IMG/VR virus record: IMGVR_UViG_3300030108_003783
Coordinates: 32,001 to 96,000 of that record
Source: a virus
Length of the DNA: 64,000 bases
Direction: 5' to 3' (one strand)
In this document: one piece after another, positions 22,143 to 31,934 of the stretch
How positions within the stretch are numbered: the stretch's first letter is position 1
Layout: every line of letters starts with the position of its first letter
The notes under the pieces: generated by a model
What the model saw: only the letters and a program-made list of their open reading frames with translations
Told to the model about the DNA's origin: nothing
Database searches by the model: none
Program-made: the position numbers and the translations under genes

Positions 22143-22765
22143 AAATAAGTTACGCAATAACAGTATGCAATGAGCATAAAGAAATAGAAAAATTATTAAC
22201 ATTTTTATTTGAACACAAAAGAAAAGAGGATCAAGTCGTAGTTCAAATGGATATGAATGCAACTGAAGAAGTTATTAATATATGCGAAAAGTTTGAAAGT
22301 AAACCTATATCAGAATATAGTTTGAATCAATTTGCATTAAATAAAAATTTCGCATCATATAAAAACAATCTAAATAAAAATTGTAATGGAAATTGGATAT
22401 TTCAAATAGATGCAGATGAAATACCTAATGAATATTTAATCGAAGCTCTTCCGTTTATATTAGAAACTAATCCTGATATTGAAGCCTATTGGGTACCTAG
22501 AGTAAATACAGTTGCAGGTATAACTGATGAACATATTGCTAAATGGGGATGGAGATTAAATGAAGATGGCTGGGTAAACTTTCCAGATTGGCAAATGAGA
22601 ATATATAAAAATGATAAAAATATATATTGGATAAAACCAGTTCATGAACAATTGAAAGGATATACTAAATTTGCAAATTTACCAGCTGAAGAAAAATTTG
22701 CTTTATATCATCCAAAGGATATTGGAAGACAAGAAAAGCAAAATGCATTTTATGAAACGATATAA
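22139..22765 (+). CDS. GT2 glycosyltransferase
   Basis: ISYAITVCNE, WIFQIDADE, PDWQMR, VHE. Confidence 0.85.
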   Translation: MKISYAITVCNEHKEIEKLLTFLFEHKRKEDQVVVQMDMNATEEVINICEKFESKPISEYSLNQFALNKNFASYKNNLNKNCNGNWIFQIDADEIPNEYLIEALPFILETNPDIEAYWVPRVNTVAGITDEHIAKWGWRLNEDGWVNFPDWQMRIYKNDKNIYWIKPVHEQLKGYTKFANLPAEEKFALYHPKDIGRQEKQNAFYETI

Positions 22766-22776
22766 GGAATAGAATT

Positions 22777-23424
22777 ATGGCAAATGGAATTTATAAAGTA
22801 ACAGAACAATTTGAAGAGAGACTTGCATCTTATACGGGAGCTAGATATGCAGTTACAGTTGACAATATGAGTAATGGCTTGTTCTTAGCTTTATATTACG
22901 AAAAAAATATTGCAAAATCAATAAAAGAAGATTTTGTGACAATACCTAATAGAACATATCCATCTGTTCCATGTGAAATTATACATGCAGGTTTAAAAGT
23001 AAAATGGAAAAAGTTAAAAAGTAAAACGTTAACTGGTGCTTATAAATTAGAAGGTTCAAATATTTGGGATTCGGCTTTAAGATTTACTCATAATATGTAT
23101 AAACCAAAAACTCATATGTGCCTTTCATTTACTGGCCCATATAAAACTTTCAAACTTAGTAAAGGTGGTTGCATATTAACAGATGATCATGAAGCTTATC
23201 TTTGGTTTAAGAGAGCTAGATTTAGTGGAAGGAGAGAATGTTCATATGAAGATGACAATTTTGATATGCTTGGTTGGAACTTTTATATGATGCCAGAATT
23301 AGCCGCAAGAGGTTTACTTTTAATGAATCAATTTTACAATATAGATGGAACTCCAAAAAAGAACAAAGATATAACTCATACTTATCCAGATTTGAGTAAA
23401 TTTGAAATTTATAATAAGTCATGA
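22777..23424 (+). CDS. short DegT/DnrJ/EryC1/StrS-type PLP aminotransferase
   Basis: FEERLASYTGARYAV, WDSA, SFTGPYK..KGG; only 215 aa. Confidence 0.75.
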   Translation: MANGIYKVTEQFEERLASYTGARYAVTVDNMSNGLFLALYYEKNIAKSIKEDFVTIPNRTYPSVPCEIIHAGLKVKWKKLKSKTLTGAYKLEGSNIWDSALRFTHNMYKPKTHMCLSFTGPYKTFKLSKGGCILTDDHEAYLWFKRARFSGRRECSYEDDNFDMLGWNFYMMPELAARGLLLMNQFYNIDGTPKKNKDITHTYPDLSKFEIYNKS

Positions 23425-24065
23425 AAATAGCAATAATGCAACCTTACTTTGTGCCCTATTTGGGATATTTTCAATTGATCAATGAAGTAGATATATTCGT
23501 TTTTTATGACGACGTTAATTTTATTAATAGAGGTTGGATAAATAGAAATACTATAACTATGAATAACGAAATAAAAAGATTCACTGTGCCTCTTATAAAG
23601 TCTAGTCAAAATAAAAAGATAAATGAAATTGATGTTAATTGGGATAGTAAAGAAATTAATAAGTTATTAAAAACTTTCAGATACAATTTAAAAGGTAAAT
23701 CAAAAGCTATAAAAATAATAGAATCTATCTTTGAAGATAAACCAAAAAGCATTTCAGATATGGCAATTCAATCAATCAAATACTTTTGCAAAGAACTAGG
23801 TATTAAAACTAAATTTGAAAAATCTTCTGAGATAGAGTATAAAAAATCTGAAGATAAATTGTTAAACTTAGTTAATATATGCAAAAGTAAAAATATATCT
23901 AATTATGTAAATGCAGAAGGTGGGCATAAATTGTATACAAAGAAAGATTTTAAGGCTAATGGTATAGATTTGAAATTTCTAAAGGGAACGCCATCTACAT
24001 CAATTTTAGATATAATAGATTCTAAAGATATAAAAGAGAGATTACTTAATTATGAAACAATATAA
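23421..24065 (+). CDS. WbqC-like protein
   Basis: MKIAIMQPYFVPYLGYFQLI, FYDDVNF..RGWINRN. Confidence 0.88.
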   Translation: MKIAIMQPYFVPYLGYFQLINEVDIFVFYDDVNFINRGWINRNTITMNNEIKRFTVPLIKSSQNKKINEIDVNWDSKEINKLLKTFRYNLKGKSKAIKIIESIFEDKPKSISDMAIQSIKYFCKELGIKTKFEKSSEIEYKKSEDKLLNLVNICKSKNISNYVNAEGGHKLYTKKDFKANGIDLKFLKGTPSTSILDIIDSKDIKERLLNYETI

Positions 24066-24831
24066 TAAAATATGCACAATAGATATGAGCAAGTCTTCTA
24101 AAAGTATATTAGAGGAATTGCAGCCAGTTTGGGGTAAGTTCAAAGCATATCATATTGAAAACGTAAATACCAAAGATTTTGAAAAAGAATACGAGGAAGC
24201 AGCAGAAAAATTAGGTGAAATTAGATTATGCCATCCTGTCAATGATAAAAGTACAGAATTTTCAAAGTCAAGAGATATAAAGTACAATCCAGAAATATAT
24301 CATTACTTTGCTTCTAATACTAGGCAACCATTGCATACAGATTATGCTTACTATCACGAGACAGAAAGTCCTGATTGGTTAATGTTATATTGCATGCAAC
24401 CTTCAGAATATGGCGGTAAAACTCACTTGCTGTCTACAGAGTCTTTGATTTCTATATTGAAAAAATATAATCCAAAACTTTTAGAAGATATAAAAGTAGA
24501 TGTTACTTGGAAATATAATGGAAAAGATGGAGACAAAATTCATAAAAAACCTATACTAGAAGGTCATAAAATAAATTGGAATTATTGGCAAATAAAAGAA
24601 GAATTAAATACACCAGAGGTAATGAAAATCAGAGAAGAATTTTTTACATTCTTAGAGAAAGTTATTGTTGATGGTTGTATGTATGACTTCTCAAAGATTT
24701 GGAAACCTGGAGACTGTATAATTTTTAATGACAAATTTACTTTGCATGGAAGAGATGCTTTCTTAGGTCAAAGATGGCTAAAAGATCATGCATTTTATTC
24801 AAAACAAAAAGAAAGGATGTATCATATATGA
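24052..24831 (+). CDS. TauD/TfdA-like Fe(II)/2OG dioxygenase
   Basis: PLHTD, LYC..PS.YGG.T, WKPGDCIIFND..LHGR. Confidence 0.82.
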   Translation: MKQYNKICTIDMSKSSKSILEELQPVWGKFKAYHIENVNTKDFEKEYEEAAEKLGEIRLCHPVNDKSTEFSKSRDIKYNPEIYHYFASNTRQPLHTDYAYYHETESPDWLMLYCMQPSEYGGKTHLLSTESLISILKKYNPKLLEDIKVDVTWKYNGKDGDKIHKKPILEGHKINWNYWQIKEELNTPEVMKIREEFFTFLEKVIVDGCMYDFSKIWKPGDCIIFNDKFTLHGRDAFLGQRWLKDHAFYSKQKERMYHI

Positions 24832-26501
24832 AATACGTAATATGGGTAGATAGTTACAGATCAAATAGTGGTGGTATTGCTGTATTGCATAAGTTAGGAC
24901 AGAAACTTCAAGAGAAAGGTTGCAGTGTATATATGTATTCACCTAAAAGTTTACCAGGATTAAATCTGATAGATAACTATGGTGTTGAAAGAATAAAAGA
25001 TGAAGCTTGGATAATATATCCAGAAATAGTAATAGGTAATCCTTTAAATGCTAAAAATGTAATCAGGTGGGTTTTAAATAGTCCTGGATATATTGGAGGC
25101 GATTCAAATACTTGGGGTAACAATGATTTAGTATATTCTATAGGTGATTATTTCAAAATAGACAAGTCAATAAATGTAGAAGGTTATCTGAAGATTTGGG
25201 ACTTTAAGCTTGATTATTGGAAAGATGAAAATTTGGAAAGGTCTATCGATACTCATCTTATTAGAAAAGCAAAAGATAGAGCTGGTTCTAAAAAGAATGC
25301 AACTTTTGATATGCACTCTAAAGATTCTATTTGTTTAGATGGAGATATTGCAAATGACTTTTCAAAATTAAAAGAAAAATTAAATCAGACAAAAACTTTT
25401 ATTAGCTATGACTCAGCTACATACTATTCAACAATTGCAGCATTATGCGGAGCAATATCAGTTGTAATACCAGATGGAAAAAATAGCAAAGAAGAATATA
25501 AAAGAAAATTCCCTTTATGTAAATATGGAGTTGCTTGGGGCTTAGACGATATTCAATGGGCAATAGATACAAAAGATAAAGTAAGACCTCACTTAGAAGA
25601 TATGGAAAAAGAATCCGATGATCTTTTAGATGAATTTATATTAAACACTTCAAAAGCAAAATTGTTTTTAAGAACAGCAAACAACAAAATCTTTTCAGCT
25701 GGTGAAGTATACAAATTAGGATTTCCAATTGAAGAACCTTTTTATATACCAAAAGAATACATTGAATCTAAAGAATATACAATATTAAGAACATGTCATG
25801 GCCTTGGAGATTGGGGTATTATTTCTTCTTTACCTAGAAAATTGAAAGAAGCATATCCTAATTGCAAAGTAAATATTCCATCGCCTAAATTACTTAGTGA
25901 ATTGTTCAAGGGTCACGAAGAAAGATGGTCTTCATGGGATAACCCTTTCAATGTAGTTAAAACTATATTTGATAATAATCCTTATGTTGATAATTACATA
26001 GACAGCTTTCAAGGTGAAATTTACAATGATCATTATCATATTTACGATGGAACAAAAGATGAACCTTTAGCAAAACAAATTCTAAGGTTTTGGAGAGTAA
26101 AAGATTTAAGTAATATACAACCAGAAATATATTGGACAAAAGATGAAGAAGAAAAAGCAAATGAAATTATAAAAAATAATCTTGGTGATGAATTTGGTTC
26201 TTTAATGTTATCTAATAGATTCAATAATGAAAGCATTGATACTATTCAATCTATATTAAATGATCAAAATTTACCTATAGCTTATTGGACTTCATCAGAA
26301 AATCATGGATTAGTATTTGACAAAAAATTAGATTTAAAAGATATAGATATAAGAATTCAATTGCTAATAAGATCCAAGGGCAAATTTACAGTTGGCAATC
26401 AATCTGGAGCTGTAGACGTTTTACCTAGGTACACTAAAACTTTTATTTTACCTAGAACTAAATTAAGAAGTAACATAATAGATGGAGCATATTATATATG
26501 A
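24828..26501 (+). CDS. two-domain glycosyltransferase-like protein
   Basis: N-domain SGGIAVLHKL/YPEIV.GNPL/RWVL; C-domain CHGLGDWG...NNPYVD...GNQSG (GT9-like). Confidence 0.65.
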   Translation: MKYVIWVDSYRSNSGGIAVLHKLGQKLQEKGCSVYMYSPKSLPGLNLIDNYGVERIKDEAWIIYPEIVIGNPLNAKNVIRWVLNSPGYIGGDSNTWGNNDLVYSIGDYFKIDKSINVEGYLKIWDFKLDYWKDENLERSIDTHLIRKAKDRAGSKKNATFDMHSKDSICLDGDIANDFSKLKEKLNQTKTFISYDSATYYSTIAALCGAISVVIPDGKNSKEEYKRKFPLCKYGVAWGLDDIQWAIDTKDKVRPHLEDMEKESDDLLDEFILNTSKAKLFLRTANNKIFSAGEVYKLGFPIEEPFYIPKEYIESKEYTILRTCHGLGDWGIISSLPRKLKEAYPNCKVNIPSPKLLSELFKGHEERWSSWDNPFNVVKTIFDNNPYVDNYIDSFQGEIYNDHYHIYDGTKDEPLAKQILRFWRVKDLSNIQPEIYWTKDEEEKANEIIKNNLGDEFGSLMLSNRFNNESIDTIQSILNDQNLPIAYWTSSENHGLVFDKKLDLKDIDIRIQLLIRSKGKFTVGNQSGAVDVLPRYTKTFILPRTKLRSNIIDGAYYI

Positions 26502-27139
26502 AAAAGATAGTATACAATTCTGAAAAATTTAATTGGCAAAATTCTATTGCAAAATTATTTGGTGTAGATTATTTACATAACATAAATGAAAATGTAGAAG
26601 TATTCAAAAGAGAAACTGACCAGAATACAAAATTCCATAGTTTATTCTATGATTGGATAAGAAAGGAATCAACTGTAAAAATGTATACAGACTTTATAAA
26701 TGAAGTGGTAAGACCTCTTTACGATGAAGAAATAGTTTATCAATCCATCCCTACTTTCAGAGTTTGCTATCCTAATAATATAGCAGTTGGGGAATTTCAC
26801 AAAGATAAATATTATAGGAATATAGAATGGGCTGAAAAAGTAAAAGAGCTAAATTACTTTTTACCGATAACTGATGCATTTGAAACTAATACTATTTGGG
26901 TAGAATCAGAAGAAGATAAAGGCGATTATAAACCTATGAATTGCAATTATGGCGAATTAATTCAATGGGACGGAAGCAATCTAAGTCACGGAAATAAAAT
27001 AAACAAAACGGGAATGTGCAGAATATCAATGGACTTTAGAGTAATTAAAAAGTCAAACTATATAGACAGCGACCACGAAACGATTAACACTAAAACAAAA
27101 TTTGGTATTGGTGGATATTATAAAGAAACAGGAGAGTAA
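26498..27139 (+). CDS. PhyH-like Fe(II)/2OG dioxygenase
   Basis: PTFRV, FHKD, HGNKIN..RISMDFR. Confidence 0.75.
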   Translation: MKKIVYNSEKFNWQNSIAKLFGVDYLHNINENVEVFKRETDQNTKFHSLFYDWIRKESTVKMYTDFINEVVRPLYDEEIVYQSIPTFRVCYPNNIAVGEFHKDKYYRNIEWAEKVKELNYFLPITDAFETNTIWVESEEDKGDYKPMNCNYGELIQWDGSNLSHGNKINKTGMCRISMDFRVIKKSNYIDSDHETINTKTKFGIGGYYKETGE

Positions 27140-27141
27140 AT

Positions 27142-28608
27142 ATGTTTTTAATAAAAGACTTAAAGAAAAAGTATACAACAGACGATACCGTAAAAAATCA
27201 AATCAAGATTCACTTTGGTGATTGCTCAAAGCTTGAAAAGGAATACGATGAATTTTGGGATAATCAATTGATGGGTCAAATTTTAAATCACTGGGCTAAT
27301 CCTGACCGTCACGTTGCTGGAGCTGGGCCAATAGATTATAATGAAGGTAAAATTTTATATTTATATATTAGAACTAAAAAACCAAAAAACGTTTTGGAAA
27401 TTGGTCATGCTGGTGGAGCTTCATCTATTGTTATATTAAAAGCTTTGGAAGAAAATGGAAATGGTAAATTATGCACTTGTGACTTGAAGTCTTGGAGTGA
27501 AGATCCTAATCTATTACCACTTTTTAGAGATTATATAGATAACAAATCTGATATGCTAGAAATGCATGGTCATATCGATGCACTAGAACTGATACCTAGA
27601 TTAACTACTAAATTCGATATAGTATTTACAGATGCAAGTCATGAGCTAGAATTTTGTTTACCAATGGCAAAAATACTAAAAGAAAAATATCCAGAAGCAT
27701 TACATTTATATCATGAATGGGCATTCTCACCTTTCTCTAGTAAAGAAGCTCAAGATTATTTAAGTATAAAAGAAAATATATATCATCAAAAAATGGCAGA
27801 AAGAGAAGCTTTTGAAAAGGTTTTTGATATAGCTGATTATCATCATTTTGGTTTTTATGGAAGTTGCGGATTGGGAGTTGTAAAGAAAAGAGAAGAAACT
27901 CAAACAATAAAAGTTTATTATAGATTATCAAATCAGCAAGCTGGTATTCACAAAAATAAAATTGCAAATGCAAACAAAAAAAATTGTTTAGAAAATTGCA
28001 TAAATAAATTTGGAAAAGAGAATATAACTGTTTTAGGCGACAATTTAAATACAGAACATATAGAATGGCTTAGAGATTTAGGTATAAGATTTATAGAAGT
28101 TTCTAATGGAAATGGTTCTGGAACTTTTAGAGATGCATTAAATTTATGCATAAAAGAGAATTTAGAATCTGATTTTGTATATTTATTAGAGGATGACTTC
28201 TTACACAAAGAATCATCAAAAGAGTTATTAATAGAAGCATTAAATAAATACGACGGTTATATTACATTGTACGATCACCCAGATAAATACATCAATAAAG
28301 AAGATGGCGGTAACCCTTTTATAGAAGAGGGAGGAGAAGTAACAAGAGTTGTTACTACTAAGAATGTGCATTGGAAAATTACAAATTCAACAGTTATGTC
28401 TTTTGCTGCAAGAGTATCTAGATTGAAACATGATAAAGAATTATTAGAAAAATATTCTTCTAATAGAATAACAGATTCTTTTAGTTTCTTTACAGAATTA
28501 TCTAGAGAAAAAGGTATACCAGCATTAAGTTCTATTCCAGGTTTTTCTACTCATTGTGAATCTGCATGGTTATCACCGTTTACTAATTGGGAGGAGATAA
28601 ATGATTAG
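27142..28608 (+). CDS. SAM methyltransferase fused to a GT-A-like domain
   Basis: VLEIGHAGGAS, FDIVFTDASH; C-domain VYLLEDDFLH. Confidence 0.75.
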   Translation: MFLIKDLKKKYTTDDTVKNQIKIHFGDCSKLEKEYDEFWDNQLMGQILNHWANPDRHVAGAGPIDYNEGKILYLYIRTKKPKNVLEIGHAGGASSIVILKALEENGNGKLCTCDLKSWSEDPNLLPLFRDYIDNKSDMLEMHGHIDALELIPRLTTKFDIVFTDASHELEFCLPMAKILKEKYPEALHLYHEWAFSPFSSKEAQDYLSIKENIYHQKMAEREAFEKVFDIADYHHFGFYGSCGLGVVKKREETQTIKVYYRLSNQQAGIHKNKIANANKKNCLENCINKFGKENITVLGDNLNTEHIEWLRDLGIRFIEVSNGNGSGTFRDALNLCIKENLESDFVYLLEDDFLHKESSKELLIEALNKYDGYITLYDHPDKYINKEDGGNPFIEEGGEVTRVVTTKNVHWKITNSTVMSFAARVSRLKHDKELLEKYSSNRITDSFSFFTELSREKGIPALSSIPGFSTHCESAWLSPFTNWEEIND

Positions 28609-29389
28609 TGTAATAATTCCATCTTACAGGAATCCAAAATGCTTAGATATTTGTTTAGAGTCTGCATTAAGAGGGCAAGATAAAGATAATGAAATAATAT
28701 GCATTTTAGATGGTTACCCTAAAGAATCTGCAAACGTTTTAGAAAAATATAAAAACGATGTAAATTTTTTACCCTTACCTGAAAATAAAGGTATGCAATA
28801 TGCATTGAATATGGGTGTTTATAATGCTTCATATGATAAAGTTCTAATAGTAAATGACGATAATGTATTCCCTATAGATTGGGATAAAATATTATTAGAA
28901 GATTATAATGATAATTTAATTTTAACACCCAATCAAATAGAAAAAGCAGAAAGCTTATTTAATTTTGAGACAAATGATTTGGGAAGCCCTGATAATTTTG
29001 ATTTAGAAAATTTCTTTAATGAAGAGCTTAATCATAGAAAAAATAATATTACAGATGACGGTGGCATCTTCCCTTTTCTAATTTCAAAGAAAAAGTATAT
29101 GATGGTTGGAGGATTTGATACTTTATACCCATCTCCATTTATTTGCGATTGGGATTTCTTTTTAAAATGTGAAATTGCTGGAATGGAAACAAAGCGTTCA
29201 AGAAAGTTATGTTTTTATCATTTTGGTTCGGTTTCAACTAAAAATGGAAAAGAGGGTGAAAGATTCAAGCAATCAGAATTACAAGCTGTAGATTTATATA
29301 AATATAAATGGGGATTCGATATGGTATTAAATGAAGATAACTCTCATTCGCCTAAAGGTCAAACAATAAAAGGAATTAGATATGAATAA
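28601..29389 (+). CDS. GT2 glycosyltransferase
   Basis: ISVIIPSYRN, VNDDNV, GGFD, CDWDF. Confidence 0.88.
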   Translation: MISVIIPSYRNPKCLDICLESALRGQDKDNEIICILDGYPKESANVLEKYKNDVNFLPLPENKGMQYALNMGVYNASYDKVLIVNDDNVFPIDWDKILLEDYNDNLILTPNQIEKAESLFNFETNDLGSPDNFDLENFFNEELNHRKNNITDDGGIFPFLISKKKYMMVGGFDTLYPSPFICDWDFFLKCEIAGMETKRSRKLCFYHFGSVSTKNGKEGERFKQSELQAVDLYKYKWGFDMVLNEDNSHSPKGQTIKGIRYE

Positions 29390-30389
29390 AAAAATATTGA
29401 TAACTGGAGTCGCTGGATTATTGGGATCAAGACTAGCAGATTGGATAATAAAAAATACAGACTATAAAGTAATTGGTATAGATGATATGTCTGGTGGATA
29501 TATTGAAAATGTACCTAATGGTGTAAAACTTTATAAGTTTGATTTAAAAGAATTAGACAGAGTAAAAGATCTATTCAGAAAGCATAAACCAGAAATAGTA
29601 TATCATTTTGCAGCTTATGCTGCTGAAGGCTTGTCACCATTTATTAGAAAATTTAATTATGAAAATAATTTAATAGCTTCTACAAATCTTATAACTTGCA
29701 GTATAGAACAAGATGTAAAAAGATTTATTTTTGCAAGTTCTATGTCTGTATATGGAAATAAATATGAACCACCTTTCCATGAAGATTTACAACAATGCCC
29801 TATTGATCCTTATGGTATTGCAAAGTTTGGTGTAGAACAAGATTTGAAGATTGCTTATGAACAACATGGTTTAAAATATACAATTATCAGACCTCATAAC
29901 TTTTATGGTCAAAATCAAAATATTTGGGATAAATACAGAAATGTATTAGGAATATGGATGTATCAAATAATAAATGGTATGCAACCTACTATATTTGGTG
30001 ATGGTGAACAAAAAAGAGCTTTCAGTTATGTTGACGATTCAATTATCCCATTTTGGAATGCTTCACAAAGAGATGAATGCATAGATGAAATAATTAATCT
30101 TGGTGGTATAAAAGAATATACAATAAATGAAGCTTGTAATATTTTATGCAAAGTTACTGGCACTGATTTAAAACCTAAATATTTAGAAGCAAGGCACGAA
30201 GCAAAACATGCATGGTCAACATGGGAAAAATCTCAAGATCTTTTAGATTTCAAACACGAAATAGATTTAGAAGAAGGTTTAACTAGAATGTGGAATTGGG
30301 CACAAACACAACCAAACAGAAAAAGATTCTTTTGGGGAGATTACGAATTAAATAAAGGAATTTACGATTATTGGAAAACAGAAAAATGA
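29382..30389 (+). CDS. NAD-dependent sugar epimerase/dehydratase
   Basis: TGVAGLLGS, ASSMSVYG, YGIAK, RPHNFYG. Confidence 0.92.
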   Translation: MNKKILITGVAGLLGSRLADWIIKNTDYKVIGIDDMSGGYIENVPNGVKLYKFDLKELDRVKDLFRKHKPEIVYHFAAYAAEGLSPFIRKFNYENNLIASTNLITCSIEQDVKRFIFASSMSVYGNKYEPPFHEDLQQCPIDPYGIAKFGVEQDLKIAYEQHGLKYTIIRPHNFYGQNQNIWDKYRNVLGIWMYQIINGMQPTIFGDGEQKRAFSYVDDSIIPFWNASQRDECIDEIINLGGIKEYTINEACNILCKVTGTDLKPKYLEARHEAKHAWSTWEKSQDLLDFKHEIDLEEGLTRMWNWAQTQPNRKRFFWGDYELNKGIYDYWKTEK

Positions 30390-31210
30390 AAACACTAGGA
30401 ATTATTGGTCAAGGATTTGTTGGAACTGCAGTCTTTGAAGGTTTAAAAGAGCATTATATTATAGAGACTTATGATATCAGTAAAGAATCAACATGTAAAT
30501 CCTTAGATGAAATATATGGAAAATCTGAGGTTTTGTTTTTATGTTTACCTACACCAATGGATATTAATGGTTCATGCCACTTAGGAATCATAGAACCAGT
30601 ATTAAAAGAATTAAATTCATTTGGAAAAAAAATAATTATTGTAAAATCTACAATCCCACCGGGCACAACGGAAAAATGGAACTCAGAATATAAAAATTTA
30701 GATATAGTATTCAATCCAGAATTTTTAACTGAAGCAAATTCAATTGAAGATTTTAAAAATCAAAATAGAATTATAATTGGTGGTCCAAGACCAGCATCAA
30801 CAAAAGTAAGAAGATTATTTAAAAAAGCATTTCCAAGAGTTGCAATAATTAAAACAAGTTCAACAATAGCAGAAATGGTTAAATACTTTACAAATTGTTT
30901 TTTAGCAACAAAAGTATCATTTGCAAATGAGATGTACGAAATCAGTAAAGCTTTAGATATAGATTACGATAAAGTAATTGAATATGCTCAATATGATACA
31001 AGGATAGGTAATTCCCATTTAGAAGTACCAGGACCAGATGGAGACTTTGGATACGGGGGTCATTGCTTTCCAAAAGATGTTAGAGCTTTAATTGATAAAG
31101 CTGAAAAGCTTGGACTGATGCCTTTGATGCTAGAAGCAACAATGACAAAAAATAATATAATTAGAACCAATAGAGATTGGGAAAAACAAAAAGGAAGAGC
31201 AGTAATATAA
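30386..31210 (+). CDS. UDP-glucose/GDP-mannose dehydrogenase-like, lacking the C-terminal domain
   Basis: IGQGFVG, CLPTP, KSTIPPG, FNPEFL, GYGGHCFPKD. Confidence 0.88.
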   Translation: MKTLGIIGQGFVGTAVFEGLKEHYIIETYDISKESTCKSLDEIYGKSEVLFLCLPTPMDINGSCHLGIIEPVLKELNSFGKKIIIVKSTIPPGTTEKWNSEYKNLDIVFNPEFLTEANSIEDFKNQNRIIIGGPRPASTKVRRLFKKAFPRVAIIKTSSTIAEMVKYFTNCFLATKVSFANEMYEISKALDIDYDKVIEYAQYDTRIGNSHLEVPGPDGDFGYGGHCFPKDVRALIDKAEKLGLMPLMLEATMTKNNIIRTNRDWEKQKGRAVI

Positions 31211-31452
31211 TGCAATATTTTATTTTATTTCCAGAAGACACAGAAAAAGAAGTTGTATTCGAAGATAACCTATTAGGAGAAAGTTCTTTTAAAACCTTTT
31301 GGGGTGGAAGAGGATTAATTAAATTAATGACCATGGTAGATAAGACTCCAGAATTATTAGGGTTAGTTAGAATAAAAGATGATAAAGGAAAAGAATACGA
31401 AGTTTTAGAATTTTTAGATTCAATTAAAAAATTAAAAGTCAGGACAAGATAA
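31210..31452 (+). CDS. hypothetical protein
   Basis: 80 aa from ATG 31210, coupled to the upstream stop. Confidence 0.7.
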   Translation: MQYFILFPEDTEKEVVFEDNLLGESSFKTFWGGRGLIKLMTMVDKTPELLGLVRIKDDKGKEYEVLEFLDSIKKLKVRTR

Positions 31453-31574
31453 TGAAAATTAATATCAATAAATTAGTAATTGACGATGATGGTGAAATTA
31501 AATTACCAAAAAGAAAAAGAAAAAAATCTGTTAAGAAACATAGAGAAGAAAAAGATCATCCTAACAAAAAGTAA
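31452..31574 (+). CDS. small basic protein, 40 aa (not in ORF track)
   Basis: MKININKLVIDDDGEIKLPKRKRKK...; TAATG coupling. Confidence 0.5.
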   Translation: MKININKLVIDDDGEIKLPKRKRKKSVKKHREEKDHPNKK

Positions 31575-31606
31575 TATATATTTATATATTTAATAAGGAG
31601 ATTATA

Positions 31607-31867
31607 TTGGCAAACCCTAGTAAATCAGAAAAGATAGGAAGCTTCGTTAAAAGTGTAGGTTATCTTTCTATAAGACAAAAAATAACACAACCGAGAAAAA
31701 AGAAATTACCGAATGGTAGTTTTGAAACAATAGGTGGTTCTGTAGAAATAAGTTTATTTCATGCTAAAAATAAAATAGGGGGACCATATAAATCTCATGC
31801 ACTTGCAGAAGCAGAAGCTCTCAAACTATTAGCGGATAAGTTCAAGTATAGAAAGCCAAAAAAGTAG
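31607..31867 (+). CDS. basic hypothetical protein
   Basis: TTG start with AAGGAG; ATATTTAT motif at 31578. Confidence 0.65.
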   Translation: MANPSKSEKIGSFVKSVGYLSIRQKITQPRKKKLPNGSFETIGGSVEISLFHAKNKIGGPYKSHALAEAEALKLLADKFKYRKPKK

Positions 31868-31934
31868 TATTTAGTTTGGTTTTTTGATATTTATTAAAGA
31901 ATATTTATACGAAAAAAGAAAGAGGAATACTTCT

